From the NCBI GenBank assembly GCA_035703365.1, contig DASSYI010000007.1:1696-65695 (forward strand): a DNA stretch of 64,000 nt. Direction: 5' to 3'. Positions 37,537 through 46,384 of this stretch are shown in pieces. Made by a program: the position numbers and the translations under genes. The DNA comes from Solirubrobacterales bacterium. GTDB taxonomy: Bacteria > Actinomycetota > Thermoleophilia > Solirubrobacterales > 70-9. The notes under the pieces were generated by a model. It was not told where the DNA came from and ran no database searches. It saw only the letters and a list, made by a program, of their open reading frames with translations. Within the stretch, counting starts at the first letter, position 1. Each line of letters opens with the position of its first letter.

Positions 37537-38009
37537 TCGAGGCGGTCCAGCAGGTCGCTCAAGATCCGCGCGGTCGCTCCCCAGATCAGGTGCCCTTCGA
37601 CCTCGTAGGTCGGGGTGTGGATGGGGATCCCGCGGCGGATCAGGCGGCGCATCTCGTAGCCCTCGCGCAGTAGCTCGAGGGAGAAGGTGAGGACGGTCTC
37701 GACCTCGCCCGGGTTCGGTTGCAGGTCCAGTTCCCGCGGGTGGGGGACGTAGCCGACGAAGGGGTGGACGACGAAGTTGGTGACGAAGGTCCGCGTGGCC
37801 GGCAGCGCCTCGCCGATCTCCACCTGGGCCGGGTCGAGTGCGATCTCCTCCTGCGCCTCGCGCAGCGCCGTCGCCCGCAGGTCGGCGTCGCCGGGGTCGC
37901 GGCGGCCGCCCGGGAACGAGATCTCCCCGGCGTGGCGGCGCAGGTCGGCGCGGCGCTCGGTGAAGACGAGGCCGGGCTCCTGCGGCCACCCGTAGAGGGG
38001 CAGCAGCAC
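37533..38009 (-). CDS. NUDIX hydrolase (CoA pyrophosphatase-like)
   Basis: Nudix box GGRRDPGDADLRATALREAQEEIAL. The start was trimmed to GTG at 38009, which is uncertain; the track ORF extends through the SDR gene. Confidence 0.7.
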   Translation of the reverse strand: MLLPLYGWPQEPGLVFTERRADLRRHAGEISFPGGRRDPGDADLRATALREAQEEIALDPAQVEIGEALPATRTFVTNFVVHPFVGYVPHPRELDLQPNPGEVETVLTFSLELLREGYEMRRLIRRGIPIHTPTYEVEGHLIWGATARILSDLLDRLD

Positions 38010-38032
38010 CGCGGCCTCGACGGTGCCGCGGC

Positions 38033-38845
38033 TCAGATGATCACCTGGACGGTGCCCCCGTCCACCGACCAGGCGGCGCCGGCGACATATGAAGCGCGCT
38101 CGCTGCAGAGGAAGACGATCGTCGCGGCGATCTCCTCCGGCTGGGCGAGGCGGCCGATCGGGCGCTTGGCGCCGGCTTCGGCCAGGGCCTGCTCCCGATC
38201 TCGGGCGCCGGAGATCTCCATCGACTGGTCGAGCAGGCCGCCGGGTTCCATCCACATCTCCGCTTCGACCGGCCCCGGCGCGACCGCGTTCACCAGCACG
38301 CCGGTCTTCGCGTAGCGGTCGGCGAACAGGCGCGAGAGCGAGAGCTCCGCCGCCTTGGCGACCGAGTACTCGGCCATCGCCGCCGAGGGCCGCTTGCCGG
38401 CGGTCGAGCAGACGTTGACGACGCGGCCCCAGCCACGCTCGGCCATCAGCGGGATCGCTGCCCGCATCGCCCGCAGCGGCGCCATCACGTTCAGCTCGTA
38501 CTGGGCGCGCCAGTCCTCGTCGGGGACCTCGTCGAGGTCGCGCCACTTGGCGGCGCCGGCGTTGTTGACGAGGACGTCCAGCTGGCCGAAGTGCTCCTCG
38601 GCGGCCGCCAGCATGTGCCGGCCCGCGTTCTCCTCGGTGATGTCGATCGCCAGCGCCGCCGCCGCACCGTGTGCCGGTTCCGCTGCCCGCGCCGCCTCCT
38701 CGGTCGCCTCCCTCAGCCGCTCCTCGCCGCGCGCCACCAGCAGCACCCGGGCGCCCTCGGCGCAGAGCTGCAATGCGGTCTCGCGGCCGATCCCGGCGCT
38801 GGCGCCGGTGACGACGCAGGCGCGCCCGGCCAGGCCGAGGTCCAT
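38033..38845 (-). CDS. Short-chain dehydrogenase/reductase
   Basis: Trimmed to ATG at 38845. It has VVTGASAGIGRETA and YSVAKAA (YxxxK), and overlaps the OsmC stop by 1 nt. Confidence 0.88.
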   Translation of the reverse strand: MDLGLAGRACVVTGASAGIGRETALQLCAEGARVLLVARGEERLREATEEAARAAEPAHGAAAALAIDITEENAGRHMLAAAEEHFGQLDVLVNNAGAAKWRDLDEVPDEDWRAQYELNVMAPLRAMRAAIPLMAERGWGRVVNVCSTAGKRPSAAMAEYSVAKAAELSLSRLFADRYAKTGVLVNAVAPGPVEAEMWMEPGGLLDQSMEISGARDREQALAEAGAKRPIGRLAQPEEIAATIVFLCSERASYVAGAAWSVDGGTVQVII

Positions 38846-39243
38846 CAGCTCTCCTCCAGGCGCTCGACGACGCGGACGTGTCCTTCGCCCGCGAGCACCT
38901 TGTGGACGGGGCATTTGGTCGCGATCACCAGGAGTCGCCGGCGCTGCTCCTCGTCGAGGTCGGCGGGGAGCTTCACCCCGACCTCGAAGCTGTTCGGCAC
39001 CGGGCCCTCGTAGCCCATCTCGACGTCGACCTCGAGCTCGCCGACGTCCCAGCCTTTGCGATCGGCGTACATCTCGATCGTGATCGCGGTGCAACCCGCG
39101 AGGCTGGCGCCGAGCAGGTCGGTGGGGCGGGGGCCGGTGTCGCTGCCGCCGCGGTGGGCCGGCTCGTCGACCCGCAGGTCGTGGCTGCCGTCGAGATCGA
39201 CGTCGTGGGCGAAGCCCTCGACCCGGCGGGCGACGATCCGCAC
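38845..39243 (-). CDS. OsmC/Ohr-family peroxiredoxin
   Basis: 132-aa ORF with two conserved Cys contexts (SLAGCTAIT, ATKCPVHKVL). Confidence 0.85.
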   Translation of the reverse strand: MRIVARRVEGFAHDVDLDGSHDLRVDEPAHRGGSDTGPRPTDLLGASLAGCTAITIEMYADRKGWDVGELEVDVEMGYEGPVPNSFEVGVKLPADLDEEQRRRLLVIATKCPVHKVLAGEGHVRVVERLEES

Positions 39244-39245
39244 GC

Positions 39246-39812
39246 TCAGCCCTTGCCGCGGCCCTCGAAAAGGGCGGGGTCGTCGACGTCGGCGAAGCGG
39301 GCCATCGCGTAGACCGCGTCGGAGGCGCGGTTGACGAAGTGGATCACGGTCTCGCCCGCGATCTCACCCTTTTCATTCAGTTCCGAGATCCGGCGCTCGG
39401 CGCGGCGCACCGTGGTGCGGGCGACGTCGAGCTGGGCGGAGAGCTGGTTGCCGCCGGGGATGACGAACTTCGGCGGCAGCTCGACTCGCTCCATGTAGCG
39501 GTCGATCAGCGCCTCCAGCTCGGCGACCATCTCCTCGGTCGTGCGGCTGACCCCGTCTTCGAGCCGGTCGGCCGCTGCCGGCGCGGTCGCCAGCTCGGCC
39601 CCGGCGACGAAGATGTCGTCCTGGAGGCGGAGGATGTCGGCGGCGAGCTCGGCCTGGTCGGGGCCGCAGAGGGCGCGGGCGACCCCGAGCTGGGAGCAGG
39701 CCTCGTCGAGGGTGCCGTAGGCATCGGTGCGGCCGTGGTGCTTGGGCACCCGGCCGCCGTACCAGAGCGAGGTGGTCCCGTCGTCGCCCTTCTTGGTGTA
39801 GATCTTGACCAC
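39246..39812 (-). CDS. ATP:cob(I)alamin adenosyltransferase, PduO type
   Basis: N-terminal IYTKKGDDGTTSL motif in a 188-aa ORF. Confidence 0.88.
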   Translation of the reverse strand: MVKIYTKKGDDGTTSLWYGGRVPKHHGRTDAYGTLDEACSQLGVARALCGPDQAELAADILRLQDDIFVAGAELATAPAAADRLEDGVSRTTEEMVAELEALIDRYMERVELPPKFVIPGGNQLSAQLDVARTTVRRAERRISELNEKGEIAGETVIHFVNRASDAVYAMARFADVDDPALFEGRGKG

Positions 39813-39813
39813 G

Positions 39814-41097
39814 TCAGCGCACCGGGTTGAAGGCGAAGCCGGTCATCACCTTGGGGAAGAAGAAGGTCGACTTCGGCGGCATCACGGCGTCGGTGTTGCA
39901 GATTTCCTTGACCTGCTCGACCGGGACCCCCCGCAGGATGAAGGCGACGTCGTAGGGGCCGTCGTCGACCATCTGCAGGGCGGCTTCGACGGTCTTTGCG
40001 TATTCGAGGCCCTCGCGCTCGTCGATGTCGTGGTCGCTCATCCCGGCGAGGCCCTTGAGGACGAGGGTCTCGAGGATCGCCGAGTCGAGCCGGCGGTAGG
40101 CCTCGGGCATGCCCTCGAGGCGGCGGTCGACCTCGCCGGGGTCCTTGAGGCGGAGGCGGAAAGCCTTCTTGTGGAAGGAGTCGTAGAGGCCGAAGACGCC
40201 GACGCCCTCCTCGCCGGCCGGGTCGATCTCCTCGCGGGGGACCTCCTCGGCGTCGAAGAGCTGGCGCAGGCCGTTGCCGAGTGCCTGCTGGCGCTCCGGG
40301 TTGTCGGCGAAGCCGGAGAGCAGGCGGTGGGTGGGGAAGACGGTGAGGCCCGGGTCGTCGAGCCCGGTCAGCGACATCAGCGTGTAGTTGTGCGGGCCCT
40401 CGCCGCCGACCTCGTCGCGGAAGGTGCGCGCGGTCTCGTAGCGGTGGTGGCCGTCGGCGATCAGCAGCTGGGCGCCCGCCAGGCGCTCGGTCACGGCTGC
40501 GTGAATGTCTGGGTCCTCGATCTTCCAGAGCCGGTTGACGGTGCCGTCTTCGTCGCGGGCCTCACCCCACGGCTCGTCCGGCAGGCCGGGCTCGACCAGC
40601 AGCCAGGCGTCCTCGGTCGAGAGCGAGAAGATCGGCGAGAGGTTGTACCCGGTGGCGCGGGTCAGCTCCAGGCGGTCGAGCAGCGGGCCGGGGTGGGTGC
40701 GCTCGTGGGGGCGGACAGTGCCGCTCTCGTAATCCTCGACCCGCACCCGGGCGAGGATCCCGTTGCGGCTGTAGCTGCGGCCGTCGGGGGCGGCGTAGTC
40801 CTGGGTCATCGCCCAGAGCGAGGGCTCGTCGTCCTGGACCAGGGCCCCGTCGGATTTCCAGCTCTCGATCCGCGCCGCCGCCTCGGCGTAGGGGTCGCCG
40901 CTGGGGTTGCTGTCGGGGTCGGCCGGGTCGAACGGTTTCGGCAGGTCGATCGCCACCGCGTTGTAGGGCGAGCGCTCAAGCAGCGCTTTGCGCTGCGGCG
41001 CGTCGATCACGTCGTAGGGCGGCGCCGCGACCGCGTCCAGCGAGCCGACCTTCCCGAGGTCGTAGTGCAGAGCCTTGAAGGGAAGCACCTCCGCCAT
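39814..41097 (-). CDS. DUF1015-family protein
   Basis: 427-aa ORF with an N-terminal PFKALHYD...APPYDVID pattern that I recall for DUF1015. Confidence 0.75.
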   Translation of the reverse strand: MAEVLPFKALHYDLGKVGSLDAVAAPPYDVIDAPQRKALLERSPYNAVAIDLPKPFDPADPDSNPSGDPYAEAAARIESWKSDGALVQDDEPSLWAMTQDYAAPDGRSYSRNGILARVRVEDYESGTVRPHERTHPGPLLDRLELTRATGYNLSPIFSLSTEDAWLLVEPGLPDEPWGEARDEDGTVNRLWKIEDPDIHAAVTERLAGAQLLIADGHHRYETARTFRDEVGGEGPHNYTLMSLTGLDDPGLTVFPTHRLLSGFADNPERQQALGNGLRQLFDAEEVPREEIDPAGEEGVGVFGLYDSFHKKAFRLRLKDPGEVDRRLEGMPEAYRRLDSAILETLVLKGLAGMSDHDIDEREGLEYAKTVEAALQMVDDGPYDVAFILRGVPVEQVKEICNTDAVMPPKSTFFFPKVMTGFAFNPVR

Positions 41098-41125
41098 CGC
41101 CTCCAGAACCTACACTTGCCTTCGA

Positions 41126-41199
41126 CGGGGTGTGGCGCAGCCTGGTAGCGCGCCGCCTTTGGGTGGCGGAGGTCCCCGGTTCGAATCCGGGCACCCCGA
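41126..41199 (+). tRNA. tRNA-Pro (anticodon TGG)
   Basis: Cloverleaf folded by hand: acceptor CGGGGTG/CACCCCG, D arm GCGC-AGCCTGGTA-GCGC, anticodon arm CCGCC-TTTGGGT-GGCGG, T arm CCCGG-TTCGAAT-CCGGG, discriminator A. Confidence 0.93.
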
Positions 41200-41282
41200 T
41201 GTACTCGCCAGGCGGTCATGGATGATCCTCGTATTCGGCGGGTAGGTGAGGCTGAAGACGTTTCCGGGTTGAGGAGGTTGAG

Positions 41283-41666
41283 ATGGAGAGTTGGGATCTG
41301 ACCACGGTCGACGTGGAGCCGCGCCAGCCGCGGATTCTCGCTTCGGCGGAGGATGCGCGGACGATCGTCCTGCAGCTGCCGGCGGGGGAGGAGATGCAGG
41401 AGCACGAGGTGCACGAGCGGGCACGGGTGATCGTGGTCGAGGGGGAGGTCGACGTCACCACCGAGGACGGGGCCGATTTCGCCAACGCGAAAGCCGGTCA
41501 CCTGCTCGAGTTTGCGCCCGGCGAGCGGCGGACGATCGTCGCCCGTTCCGACGCGCGGCTGTTGATGGTTCTCTCGCCCTGGCCCGGGGACGGCCACCCC
41601 GGCGCGATGACGCTCGAGGAGAAGGCCCAAGCGCGCGAGAAAGCCGCCCAGCACGCCGAGGGGTAG
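41283..41666 (+). CDS. Cupin-domain protein
   Basis: 127-aa ORF with a beta-barrel pattern (EMQEHEVHERARVIVVEGEVDV ... GHLLEFAPGERRTIVA). Confidence 0.65.
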   Translation: MESWDLTTVDVEPRQPRILASAEDARTIVLQLPAGEEMQEHEVHERARVIVVEGEVDVTTEDGADFANAKAGHLLEFAPGERRTIVARSDARLLMVLSPWPGDGHPGAMTLEEKAQAREKAAQHAEG

Positions 41667-41735
41667 CGCGGGAATTCCCGCCCGGCCCTTGGGGCGGGGT
41701 CAAGTTCCCCCGCCGCCCGGTCGAAGACCTAGGTA

Positions 41736-42026
41736 GTGAACGAGATTTTTGGAAGCCAAGTCGAGGATCCGGCCGAAACCCGCGAGCGGCGGCGCGTGGA
41801 GCGGGCCGTGTTCGAAACCGACCGCCAGCTGATCGAGGGCGACCTGACGTTGCCTCCGGCCGGCTACCAGAGCCGCTTCTCGGACTCGCTCAACCGCGGC
41901 GAGTTCGAATTCGTGCCGCTGACCAACGTCCAGATCACCTCGCTGGCCGACGGCAAGGTCAGCCAGGTGCCGTTCCTGGTCCTCTCCAAGCGCCAGATCC
42001 GGATCGCCTACCCGACCGAGGGGTAG
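41736..42026 (+). CDS. Hypothetical protein
   Basis: 96-aa ORF with a GTG start and host-like codon usage, followed by a strong hairpin. Confidence 0.5.
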   Translation: MNEIFGSQVEDPAETRERRRVERAVFETDRQLIEGDLTLPPAGYQSRFSDSLNRGEFEFVPLTNVQITSLADGKVSQVPFLVLSKRQIRIAYPTEG

Positions 42027-42033
42027 GCGTGTC

Positions 42034-42062
42034 GACTTTGTTCGGCAGAGCCGAACAAAGTC
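42034..42062. terminator. Bidirectional hairpin between convergent genes
   Basis: GACTTTGTTCGG-cagag-CCGAACAAAGTC gives a 12-bp perfect stem between the 41736 (+) and 42064 (-) ORFs. Confidence 0.6.
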
Positions 42063-42063
42063 G

Positions 42064-42336
42064 CTAGTCCCGCCGCACCCGGCCCCGGTTCGCGTAGGAG
42101 CCGAGGTCGATGACGAAGGCGAGGATGACGATGAACCACTCGAAGCCGGTGACCTCGTTGCTGCTCGCCGACCACATCACGGCGTAGGCGAGCGTCGTCC
42201 AGGGCAGCAAGAAGAACCCGAGGAGCGGGACGAACCAGCTGTCGAAGGCGCGGCTGAGCAGGTCGGAGAAGAGGAAGATCGCGAACAGCGCCAGCCGCGG
42301 CGAGATGAACGCGAGCAAAACCACCAAGCAGGCCAT
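42064..42336 (-). CDS. Small membrane protein (3 TM)
   Basis: 90-aa strongly hydrophobic ORF with a basic C-terminus. Confidence 0.5.
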   Translation of the reverse strand: MACLVVLLAFISPRLALFAIFLFSDLLSRAFDSWFVPLLGFFLLPWTTLAYAVMWSASSNEVTGFEWFIVILAFVIDLGSYANRGRVRRD

Positions 42337-42370
42337 GCGCAGACGCTACCTTCTCCGTAGGAGGTAGACG

Positions 42371-43048
42371 ATGAACAGACTCGGAAAGCTGATGACGATG
42401 ATGCACCCGGAGAAGACGAAGCTGGTCGCCGCGGACGAAGCGCTGCCCGGGCGCAGCGAGCGCGCCTTCGACGTGCCGGCCACCCATGCGGTTCTCGGGA
42501 CGCCGCTGGAGCCGCCGTTCCCCGAGGGGATCGAGGTCGCCTATTTCGCGCTCGGCTGCTTCTGGGGCGCGGAGCGGCTCTTCTGGGAGCTCGACGGCGT
42601 CTACTCGACGGCGGTCGGCTACCAGAACGGGACCACCCCGAACCCGACCTACGAGGAGGTCTGCACGGCGAAGACCGGCCACGCCGAGGCGGTGATGGTC
42701 GCCTTCGACCCGAAGAAGGCCTCCTACGCCGACCTGCTCAAGGTCTTCTTCGAGGAGCACGACCCCACCCAGGGGATGCGCCAGGGAAACGACGTCGGCA
42801 CCCAGTACCGCTCGGGGATCTACTTCACGAACGACGCCCAGAAGGCGACGGCGGAGATGGTCCGCGACGCCTACGACAAGTCCCTGCGCGCCGCCGGCAA
42901 GGACCCGGTGACGACGGAGATCGAGCCCGCCGGGCCGTTCTACTACGCCGAGGACTACCACCAGCAGTACCTGCACAAGGTCCCCAACGGCTACTGCGGA
43001 TTGAAAGGGACCGGAGTCGCCTGCAGCATCCCCGCCCCTGCGGCGTAG
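42371..43048 (+). CDS. msrA: Peptide-methionine (S)-S-oxide reductase
   Basis: Active-site GCFWGAE plus [16 protein letters not shown] and [10 protein letters not shown]. Confidence 0.92.
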   Translation: MNRLGKLMTMMHPEKTKLVAADEALPGRSERAFDVPATHAVLGTPLEPPFPEGIEVAYFALGCFWGAERLFWELDGVYSTAVGYQNGTTPNPTYEEVCTAKTGHAEAVMVAFDPKKASYADLLKVFFEEHDPTQGMRQGNDVGTQYRSGIYFTNDAQKATAEMVRDAYDKSLRAAGKDPVTTEIEPAGPFYYAEDYHQQYLHKVPNGYCGLKGTGVACSIPAPAA

Positions 43049-43105
43049 CCGCGTTCTTGGGCGCGGCGGTGCCCGGCGGGCGCGCCGAATAGCATCCCGG
43101 CCTTC

Positions 43106-45325
43106 GTGGCACCCTCCTTCGGCTCCTACATCGCCGGCTGCCTCGCCCTGATCGGGATCGTCGCGGCTCTCGGTCTCGGCGGCTACTGGCTGCGGCGTTG
43201 GATCGTGCCGGAATTCAGCGGCGCCCTGGCGCGGCTCGCCGACGCGACGCTGGCGGTGGCGCTGCTCGTCGTCTGCCTGCAGATCCTCGGCTCGCTCAGC
43301 CTCCTCTACTTCGGCTGGATCGTCGTCGGCTGCATCGGCGTCGGCCTCGGCGCCGCCTGGCTCGGGCGCTTGAAAGCGGGCGGGCAGGGGCGCGAGGTGG
43401 CGGCCCCGCGGGTGCAGGACATCGCCCTGCTGATTGCCCTCGGCGTCGCCTCCTGGACCGTCGCCGAGTGGACCTTCCCGGCCCAGTCGAGCCTCGACTT
43501 CGGCATGTTCGGCGGCGACACCACCTGGTACCACATGCCCTTCTCGGCGTTCATCGCCCAGGAACACTCGACGGTCCATCTTCACTACACGGACCCGCTG
43601 CGGCTGGCCGCCTGGTTCTACCCGGCTTCTACCGAGCTCGTCAATGCGGCGACGATCGTTCTTTTCAAGAGCGACTGGCTGGCCCCGCTGCAGAACCTGA
43701 TCTGGCTGCCGATCGGGCTGCTGGCGGCCTGGTGCATGGGGCGCCCCTACAAGGTCGGGCCGGCGACCCTGGTGGCGGCGGCGATCGTCCTCGACGCGGG
43801 GGTGATGATCGAAACCCAGCCCGGCGAGGCGCGCAACGACATCATGGGGCTGGCTTTCCTGCTCGCCTTCGCCGCCTTCCTGATCAACGGCCACCAGCGA
43901 AGAGCGCCGGCGGCGGGGGCTGTCCAGGACGCGCCGGAGCGCGACGCCCCCCTGCTCGACAAAGGGCCGCTGGTGATGGCGGGGATCGCGGCCGGGCTCG
44001 CCGCCTCGGTGAAGACCACCTTCTTGGTGCCGGTCGTGGCGATCGCGATCGGCGTCGTCCTCTTCAGCGGCCGGGGCCGGCGCTGGACCACTGCCTGGGT
44101 GATGGGTCTGCCGATGCTCGTGGTCGGCGGCTACTGGTACCTGCGGGCGGCGATCAAGACCGGCGGCAACCCGATCCCGATCACCAAATTCGGGCCGCTG
44201 AACTTGCCCAAGCCCGACCAGATGCCGCTCGACCCGCGACCCCGCTTCGCGGTCATCGACTACATCACCAACCCGACCATCTACCGGCGCTGGTTCTTCC
44301 CCGAGCTCGACAACGCCTTCGGGCCGCTCTGGCCGCTGATCCTGATCATGGCCGTCAGCGCCGCCGTCTACATCGCCTGGAAATCGCGCAACAAGATCCT
44401 GCGGGTGATCGCCGTCGCCTCGTTGCTGACCGCGGTCGTCTACGTCTTCACGCCGCTGACCGCGGCCGGGCAGGAAGGCTCGCCGACGGGCTTCTTCACC
44501 AACACCCGCTACCTGGTGCCGGGGCTGGTCCTGGCGATGGCGATGCTGCCCCTGGCGCGCCCGATCCGGGCGCCCGACCGGCGCGCCTGGCAGACGCTGC
44601 TCTTCCTCACCGCGGTCTTCGCGATCACTGTGCTGACGACGCCGCGGTGGTTCACCTCCTACATCGTCGGCACGGTCTTTCTCACGCTCTGCCTCGTCTG
44701 GGCGCCGGCGGCGTTCTCGCTGGCGCGGACGCGGGGCGGGTTCAGCCGGCGGGCGGTCGCGGTTGGCGCGGCGGTCCTGCTGTTGCTGGCGGTGGTGCTG
44801 GGGCGCGCGCAGCAGGTCCAGTACGCAGACCAGCACTACGTCAACCCGAGCCCGTTCCTCGGCGAAGGCGGGCCGAAGGAAGCCTACGAATACACCCAGA
44901 AGCTGCACGACCAGCGGATCGGGATCATCGGCTCCAGCCAGATCATCTTCGGCCAGTATGGGTTCTACGGAAACGACGCCTCGAACCACGTCGAATACAT
45001 CGGGGTCCACGGCCCGCACGGCGCCAACCGGCTGCCGACCAGCTGCCGGCAGCTGCGCGCCCTGATCAACGCGGGCGACTACGACTACCTGGTGATGAGC
45101 CAGTACACGCAGGACACCGGGCCCTACAACACCGGCGTCGCCAACCCGTACCAGTTCCCCGTCTATGGCTGGGTGAAGGGCGACCCGGCGGTGAAGCTGG
45201 TGGTCAAGGACAACCTCGCCTCGCCCCAGCCCGACTACGTCTTCAAGGTCGAAGGCAAGCTCGACCCGGCGGCCTGCAAGCCGGAAAAGCGGCCCGTGGT
45301 GCCCGGCGAAGAACCGATCGAGTAG
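43106..45325 (+). CDS. Large polytopic membrane protein with C-terminal extracytoplasmic domain (GT-C-like; function unknown)
   Basis: 739-aa ORF with a GTG start, more than 12 hydrophobic helices and a roughly 170-aa soluble C-terminus. I recognised no specific catalytic motif. Confidence 0.65.
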   Translation: MAPSFGSYIAGCLALIGIVAALGLGGYWLRRWIVPEFSGALARLADATLAVALLVVCLQILGSLSLLYFGWIVVGCIGVGLGAAWLGRLKAGGQGREVAAPRVQDIALLIALGVASWTVAEWTFPAQSSLDFGMFGGDTTWYHMPFSAFIAQEHSTVHLHYTDPLRLAAWFYPASTELVNAATIVLFKSDWLAPLQNLIWLPIGLLAAWCMGRPYKVGPATLVAAAIVLDAGVMIETQPGEARNDIMGLAFLLAFAAFLINGHQRRAPAAGAVQDAPERDAPLLDKGPLVMAGIAAGLAASVKTTFLVPVVAIAIGVVLFSGRGRRWTTAWVMGLPMLVVGGYWYLRAAIKTGGNPIPITKFGPLNLPKPDQMPLDPRPRFAVIDYITNPTIYRRWFFPELDNAFGPLWPLILIMAVSAAVYIAWKSRNKILRVIAVASLLTAVVYVFTPLTAAGQEGSPTGFFTNTRYLVPGLVLAMAMLPLARPIRAPDRRAWQTLLFLTAVFAITVLTTPRWFTSYIVGTVFLTLCLVWAPAAFSLARTRGGFSRRAVAVGAAVLLLLAVVLGRAQQVQYADQHYVNPSPFLGEGGPKEAYEYTQKLHDQRIGIIGSSQIIFGQYGFYGNDASNHVEYIGVHGPHGANRLPTSCRQLRALINAGDYDYLVMSQYTQDTGPYNTGVANPYQFPVYGWVKGDPAVKLVVKDNLASPQPDYVFKVEGKLDPAACKPEKRPVVPGEEPIE

Positions 45326-45355
45326 GGCGGGGCGCGAAGGTCAACCAGGGGTTGA

Positions 45356-46162
45356 CTAAAGCGCCCCGGCGAGCGCGTGCTCGCGGATCAGCTCGGCGGA
45401 ACGCTGGGGCTGCTCCCACCAAAACATGTGGCCGACGCCCTCGAGGACCTCGAAGCGGGCCGCCGGCATCAGCGAGGCGATCAGCTCCCCGTTGGGGAAG
45501 GGGAGGACGCCGTCCTCGGTGCCGTGGATTATCAGCGTCGGGGTTGAGATCTCGCCGAGGCGGCCGCTGGTGTCGTGGCTGAAGATCGCCTGCGCCTGCA
45601 GTTCGATCGTCGCTTTCGCCGCCGGCACCGTGGTCGCCATCTCGTGGAAGGCGGCGTAGGTCGACTCGTCGGCCCGGAAGGCGGGCGAGAGGTTGACTTC
45701 GTAGCCGGCTCGGATCGCCTTCTTGCGATCGCCGGAGGCCATCCCGGCGACGAGCTTCTGCAGATTCTCCTCGGGCATCAGCTGCGAGCCGGGCCCGCCG
45801 CAGTAGGTGCAGCCGAGCGTCAGCGAGCGCAGCTTCGCCGGGTGGGCGAGCGCCAGCTCCTGGGCGATCATGCCTCCCATCGAGATGCCGACCACGTGCG
45901 CGCTCTCCAGCCCCAGCGCGTCGAGCAGCCCGGCGGTGTCCGTGGCCATCTCCTCGATCGTGAACGGCCCGTCGACCGGAGCCGAGAGCCCGATCCCGCG
46001 GTTGTCGAAGGCGATGACGTCGAAGCCCTCCTCCAGTGCCCCTTTGAACGGCTCCCCCCAGGAGACATGCGTCCCGCTCATCCCCTGGATCAGCAGCAAC
46101 GGCTCGCCCGAACCGGCCCGCTCGTAGTGGAACTCCCTGCCCGCAACCTCGACTTTCGCCAT
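45356..46162 (-). CDS. Alpha/beta-fold hydrolase
   Basis: 268-aa ORF with the nucleophile elbow GISMGGMIAQE and a C-terminal GHMFWWE His. Confidence 0.85.
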   Translation of the reverse strand: MAKVEVAGREFHYERAGSGEPLLLIQGMSGTHVSWGEPFKGALEEGFDVIAFDNRGIGLSAPVDGPFTIEEMATDTAGLLDALGLESAHVVGISMGGMIAQELALAHPAKLRSLTLGCTYCGGPGSQLMPEENLQKLVAGMASGDRKKAIRAGYEVNLSPAFRADESTYAAFHEMATTVPAAKATIELQAQAIFSHDTSGRLGEISTPTLIIHGTEDGVLPFPNGELIASLMPAARFEVLEGVGHMFWWEQPQRSAELIREHALAGAL

Positions 46163-46212
46163 GGCCGGATCCTAAGCGAGCCGCCCGAACAGCGCCTAAC
46201 CTTGCCTGACCC

Positions 46213-46285
46213 GCCCCCGTAGCTCAGTGGACAGAGCACCGGACTTCTAATCCGACGGTCGCTGGTTCGAATCCAGCCGGGGGCG
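46213..46285 (+). tRNA. tRNA-Arg (anticodon TCT)
   Basis: Acceptor GCCCCCG/CGGGGGC, D arm GCTC-AGTGGACA-GAGC, anticodon loop CTTCTAA, T arm GCTGG-TTCGAAT-CCAGC, discriminator G. Confidence 0.93.
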
Positions 46286-46287
46286 CT
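46243..46287 (+). repeat. attL core (3' half of tRNA-Arg)
   Basis: ACTTCTAATCCGACGGTCGCTGGTTCGAATCC is identical to 50678-50709. The next 13 nt differ at 2 positions. Confidence 0.85.
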
Positions 46288-46344
46288 AGTAAATCGGCTT
46301 GTAGAGCGGAATTATAAAGAGCCAGTTGATACGAACTGGCGAAA

Positions 46345-46363
46345 TTGGTCCCCAATTGGTCCC
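46345..46363 (+). repeat. Paired TTGGTCCC motifs (candidate integrase arm-type sites, attL side)
   Basis: aaATTGGTCCCCAATTGGTCCCGAAac lies just upstream of int. The same two motifs recur at 50574-50593. Confidence 0.6.
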
Positions 46364-46384
46364 GAAACCGGCTAGAATGGGGGC

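Noticed and set aside
41200-41282. Possible second integration site or att repeat downstream of tRNA-Pro.
   Set aside because: I found no copy of the tRNA-Pro 3' half elsewhere in the window. The flanking genes have host-like GC, and no integrase is adjacent.
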